This document shows positions 60,330 through 64,000 of a stretch of 64,000 nucleotides of DNA, one piece after another. The stretch lies in the sequence record MH383160.1; one strand, 5' to 3'. The first letter of the stretch is position 1; each line of letters opens with the position of its first letter. Made by a program: the position numbers and the translations under genes. The notes beneath the pieces were generated by a model. It was not told the DNA's origin. It worked only from the letters and a program-made list of their open reading frames with translations, and did no database searches.

Positions 60330-60337
60330 ATTTCATA

Positions 60338-60994
60338 TCATCCTACTTTTTTCGATTGGAACAATGCAATCTGTACGCGTGTAATGAACTCACGCTCTAC
60401 TTCTTCAGCACTGTGTCCTTCATATTGTGTCTTGAAAAGTTCCATTGCTTTTAGTGCCATCTGTACAGAAATGTCTGTAATACTTTCAGTACTGGTACTT
60501 TCAAATACATTTTTGAGGCTTAGTTCATCATCACTAACATCATCAACTTCAACTGGGTTGTTGTTTTGTTCATCAATGTAACGTAAAGCTTTGTACTCTG
60601 CTTTTGTTAGATTTTCATACCAACGTGGGTGGTGGAACAAATCATGCATTGTAACTTTTGCTGCTTCCATGAGAAGTAATAGCTCTTCATTTCTGCGAAT
60701 ATGTTTTTCTTCACCTTTATGATTTTTGTAAGTATATGCACAACGCATAATGGCTAATCGAACTTCACCTGCTTTGGTGATAGTGTATGAATGTATTGCA
60801 TTATCATAATCACTTTCCCATTTCTGACCAGCATATTCGTACCAAAGTTCATTAGTTTCCCATTTAATGAAATCAAATTCTAACAAACTGTCAATCAACT
60901 TAGCCAAATTACCACTGTACTCACGGCTAATGATATTGAAACCACCATTGTACTTTGCAAGGTACAGAATCTTTTCTTGAGTTACATTTTTCAT
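60338..60994 (-). CDS. hypothetical protein
   Basis: 218 aa; C-terminus resembles the downstream pseudogene. Confidence 0.7.
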   Translation of the reverse strand: MKNVTQEKILYLAKYNGGFNIISREYSGNLAKLIDSLLEFDFIKWETNELWYEYAGQKWESDYDNAIHSYTITKAGEVRLAIMRCAYTYKNHKGEEKHIRRNEELLLLMEAAKVTMHDLFHHPRWYENLTKAEYKALRYIDEQNNNPVEVDDVSDDELSLKNVFESTSTESITDISVQMALKAMELFKTQYEGHSAEEVEREFITRVQIALFQSKKVG

Positions 60995-61332
60995 TACATG
61001 TAATCCTTGATGTATTTTAGCAGTTTAGATTTCTCTTCGGTACTTAATGATTTCTTGTTCATTAAGTGTTTCATTTCTTGACGTTCAATTTCTTCACATC
61101 TTTTAGATTCAGCTTCAATTCGTGTATTATATTCTTCGTCAGTTTCTTCTCTGGTCCAAATTACATTGTATCCATGAAAACCGCCGTAACCACTGTCTGG
61201 TGAAAGACTAATGTGACCGTTATATTCAGCACGATACTTATTAAGAGTGTCAATAAAGGTATCAATGCCACACGGTTCAATTTCAATATAACCAATCACT
61301 ACAGTAACGTCAATTTTGTTCATAAAGTTCAC
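60994..61332 (-). CDS. hypothetical protein
   Basis: 112 aa; REETDEEYNTR. Confidence 0.7.
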   Translation of the reverse strand: MNFMNKIDVTVVIGYIEIEPCGIDTFIDTLNKYRAEYNGHISLSPDSGYGGFHGYNVIWTREETDEEYNTRIEAESKRCEEIERQEMKHLMNKKSLSTEEKSKLLKYIKDYM

Positions 61333-61342
61333 CTATAAAATT

Positions 61343-61360
61343 AGGGAGCATTAGCTCCCT
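61343..61360 (-). terminator. stem-loop overlapping the stop codon
   Basis: AGGGAGC-ATTA-GCTCCCT. Confidence 0.6.
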
Positions 61361-61908
61361 TTGTATTGATGTTTACGTTTAGTACTGTATTTCCAACCAG
61401 TACTATGTCTTGTTCTGATATCGTCCCAATACGATGGTAATGAACGCATCTTACGTCTTCCACGTATATCAGGTTCCCCCTCATCCTTCAGTACTGCACA
61501 AGCCATACGACGCTCTTGTTGTGTCTTAGGACGCTTGTATCGGGAGTGGTTATGTTTGTACATATACGAACGCTTATGTCGCCATTCCGTATCACGAGCT
61601 TTACGTTTATGTTCCCAGTACTCATTATAGAGTATCATGTATTCACCCATAAGTAAATCAGGAGATACAAGTAATCCTTTTTCAGTACAAAGATAATAAC
61701 CCACAAACTTTTCTGGAAACATTTCGTAATAGAAACGGTTCTTCCAAAATGTTTCACGATTCTTTTTGTTGAATTCAGCTAAATCGAATTTCATCTTACT
61801 GTGGAAACGGTCTATACCGTCATGTTCCGCAATGTACTCTAACAGATTATCAATAATCTCAACTTTACCAGAATCGTGATACAACGTAAATGTTTGGTCA
61901 AAAAACAT
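61351..61908 (-). CDS. hypothetical protein with basic C-terminus
   Basis: AAGGAG SD; R..RSLPSYWDD...WK. Confidence 0.75.
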   Translation of the reverse strand: MFFDQTFTLYHDSGKVEIIDNLLEYIAEHDGIDRFHSKMKFDLAEFNKKNRETFWKNRFYYEMFPEKFVGYYLCTEKGLLVSPDLLMGEYMILYNEYWEHKRKARDTEWRHKRSYMYKHNHSRYKRPKTQQERRMACAVLKDEGEPDIRGRRKMRSLPSYWDDIRTRHSTGWKYSTKRKHQYKGS

Positions 61909-62134
61909 ATGAAATCTCCTTTAAGTTAAAATAACCTAATGGAAAGTCATTCTTCCTTTAATACATGTTCTCATGATTTGTTCCTTTTGTCAAGATATAG
62001 ATATAAAAAATCCCTGCCAAAAGACAGGGACGAAAAACTGAAATAACACATGGAGTTCTTTTTAATTTAATAAAAAGTATTATTATTCTTATAAAAGTAT
62101 TTATTAAGAACTCCACAATATGTCTTCAAATGAA

Positions 62135-62323
62135 TCAAAAACCTTTCTGAGCTACTAGTTCACGGTACTGTGCACGAGTTAGTACACCTTGTTTGCGTAG
62201 AGCTTGTAGACCGGATAGGGTTTCACTCTTACGTTGTTCGTACATACGTTGTTCTTTAGATTGAATAACTTTCTCTTTCTTTACTTTTGCTACTGGTTCT
62301 TTTTTCTTAGGTTGTTTAGCCAT
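62135..62323 (-). CDS. small basic protein
   Basis: AAGGAG SD; K-rich. Confidence 0.7.
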   Translation of the reverse strand: MAKQPKKKEPVAKVKKEKVIQSKEQRMYEQRKSETLSGLQALRKQGVLTRAQYRELVAQKGF

Positions 62324-62354
62324 TTTATATCTCCTTCTGTATTATGATAACAAC

Positions 62355-62388
62355 ATTATATCATGTATGGGACATTATGTCCCATACA
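62355..62388 (-). promoter_or_regulatory. GGGACA-N17-TATAAT promoter embedded in a perfect inverted repeat
   Basis: TGTATGGGACAT-T-ATGTCCCATACA at 62364-62388; TGATATAAT -10. Confidence 0.65.
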
Positions 62389-62391
62389 ATA

Positions 62392-63831
62392 TTACATATT
62401 TTCTTCAGCAAATTCAGCTAGTGGTGAGCGAACAACACCTTCAAGTTCGATGACACGACAACCTGCCCAATCTTTAAACTTTTCAGTTACATATGTCAAA
62501 CCACTGTTAACAGGACTAATAAACTTACTGTCAATCTGACTCAAGTTACCCATAATTACTACTTTACAGTTTAATCCTGCTCGTGTCAAGATTGTTTTGG
62601 CTTGTGCAGGTGTAATGTTTTGGAATTCATCAACTACTAGAATAGTGTTGGTGAATGAACGTCCACGTACAAAGTTTAGTGCTTTAAATTGAATAACATT
62701 ACGTTTCATAATCTCTTCAATACTACCTTGTGGGTTAGCATCATCTTTATGAAGAAACTCTAACGCGTCAATTGCGGCTCCACAGAATGGAATAACTTTT
62801 TCTGCTTCTGAACCTGGCAAGAAACCAATATCTTCAAACTGTGAGTCTTGAGTTTTAGAGAAGATGATTCGGTCGTATTTACGTTTTTCCAGTACTAATT
62901 CTAATGCAGTAGCAATCGTAATTAGTGTTTTACCAGTACCAGCAGAACCTAGCAGTACTGTTAGATGTACATCAGGATCGAGAATACTGTTGATGGCGAG
63001 TGCTTGTTGGATATTCTTTGCTTTAATATCCCATACTTTAGCACGTAAAGCTACTGATTGTCCAATATCTTGGAATACCAAAATATCTTCTGGTGTTAGT
63101 GTTCCATCATCTTCCTCAATTGCTGATTGACCTTCGTACACAAATAATACGTCTGCATCATCATATAGATAATCACCGATGCATAGATTTTGTGGAAGCA
63201 AATGTTCAATCAAGCTTTTAGAAATGTAATGATACAAACGACGACCAACTTGTTCGGATTGAATATTAGTATTGGTTAAGTTGCTATATACTTCCCAAAA
63301 ATTGATTTCCAAATGGTGTTGACCAATGTGAATCAAATCACTATCACCAATAACAATATCATGGCGATAATCTTGTACCTCGACACCATAACTTAGTGCT
63401 TTGATACGCATGTTGATATCACGAGTTACCAGTACTGATTCTGTTGCTAAAGCTACCAGAATGATTTTATCATCAGGTACTGTGCTTTTGAGAAGGGTTT
63501 GAACTTTCTCTTCTGAACCTTTAGTACGAATTAGTGCTTCAGCTTCTTCGTTTGTAATAACAAACAATTTGCTATCAGGATTCATATTGGTATGAACATC
63601 AGCAATATTAACACCAGTACTACTAATCTCATCATGTGATGCATCTGCAATAATTGCTTCAATGTTACGAATAGCAACACGAGCATCGCGTGAAACATCT
63701 ACATTACGACTCTTAATTGAATCCAATTCTTCCAGTACTGTAAATGGTAGAATGATTGCAGCACCATCAAAAGCAATAGATGCATTAGGGTCAGATAGTA
63801 GTACGTTTGTGTCAATTGTATATTTTTTCAT
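62392..63831 (-). CDS. phoH: PIN-PhoH family ATPase
   Basis: PIN IDTNVLL...ELD; Walker A GSAGTGKT; RGRSF; VDEFQN; GNLSQID; RSPLA. Confidence 0.93.
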   Translation of the reverse strand: MKKYTIDTNVLLSDPNASIAFDGAAIILPFTVLEELDSIKSRNVDVSRDARVAIRNIEAIIADASHDEISSTGVNIADVHTNMNPDSKLFVITNEEAEALIRTKGSEEKVQTLLKSTVPDDKIILVALATESVLVTRDINMRIKALSYGVEVQDYRHDIVIGDSDLIHIGQHHLEINFWEVYSNLTNTNIQSEQVGRRLYHYISKSLIEHLLPQNLCIGDYLYDDADVLFVYEGQSAIEEDDGTLTPEDILVFQDIGQSVALRAKVWDIKAKNIQQALAINSILDPDVHLTVLLGSAGTGKTLITIATALELVLEKRKYDRIIFSKTQDSQFEDIGFLPGSEAEKVIPFCGAAIDALEFLHKDDANPQGSIEEIMKRNVIQFKALNFVRGRSFTNTILVVDEFQNITPAQAKTILTRAGLNCKVVIMGNLSQIDSKFISPVNSGLTYVTEKFKDWAGCRVIELEGVVRSPLAEFAEENM

Positions 63832-63891
63832 AAAACATCCTTGAGTTATGAGTACATCCTTGTACTCGACTAATGTTATTGACTCGGATTA

Positions 63892-63999
63892 TTACATATT
63901 TGGTTCGTATTCAACATAGCAACGTGAACCTCGAACCTTTTCTTCCCAGCACTCCTGGTAAACAAGTTGACCAATTGAAACTGGTTCTCTTGATAGTCC
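63892..63999 (-). CDS. 3' end of a hypothetical protein (truncated by window edge)
   Basis: GLSREPVSIGQ...EYEPNM* open to the window end. Confidence 0.5.
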   Translation of the reverse strand, partial: GLSREPVSIGQLVYQECWEEKVRGSRCYVEYEPNM

Positions 64000-64000
64000 A

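Noticed and set aside
61940-61976. 12-codon leader ORF (MRTCIKGRMTFH*) upstream of 61351..61908
   Set aside because: Too short and lacks an SD or attenuator structure that I can support.

Overview
AT-rich (roughly one-third GC by eye), densely coding segment of a jumbo myovirus distantly related to T4. Similarity to Rak2/GAP32/121Q-type enterobacterial jumbo phages is inferred from gene content and was not searched. 1-4.5 kb (+ strand): tail-fibre genes, one ending in an Sf6-type needle-knob domain. The rest is on the - strand: thyA, SLOG protein, VWA-metallopeptidase + MoxR ATPase, probable internal head proteins, head-completion nuclease, baseplate/tube/tube/sheath, dNMP kinase, neck protein, an accessory block (Pth2-like, macrodomain, glutaredoxin, frameshifted Nudix, CCA enzyme, HPF, LysM-lysozyme, 2H phosphoesterase, ferritin-like, paralog families), a ~600 bp structured non-coding island, HNH, spanins, an acyl-carrier-protein homologue with Trp at the phosphopantetheine Ser, a GH8-like 929-aa protein, a pol-beta nucleotidyltransferase, three paralogous tail proteins, nrdG/nrdD, a deaminase, a WGR protein, a MazG-like pseudogene and phoH. 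No tRNA, rRNA or CRISPR array was seen. Most striking signals: (1) window-wide, frame-independent over-representation of the palindrome AGTACT/CAGTACTG; (2) the apparently unmodifiable ACP mimic; (3) a promoter- and terminator-bounded structured non-coding region; (4) a recurrent GGGACA-N16/17-TATAAT promoter class. All family calls come from motif recognition by eye and all counts are hand counts.
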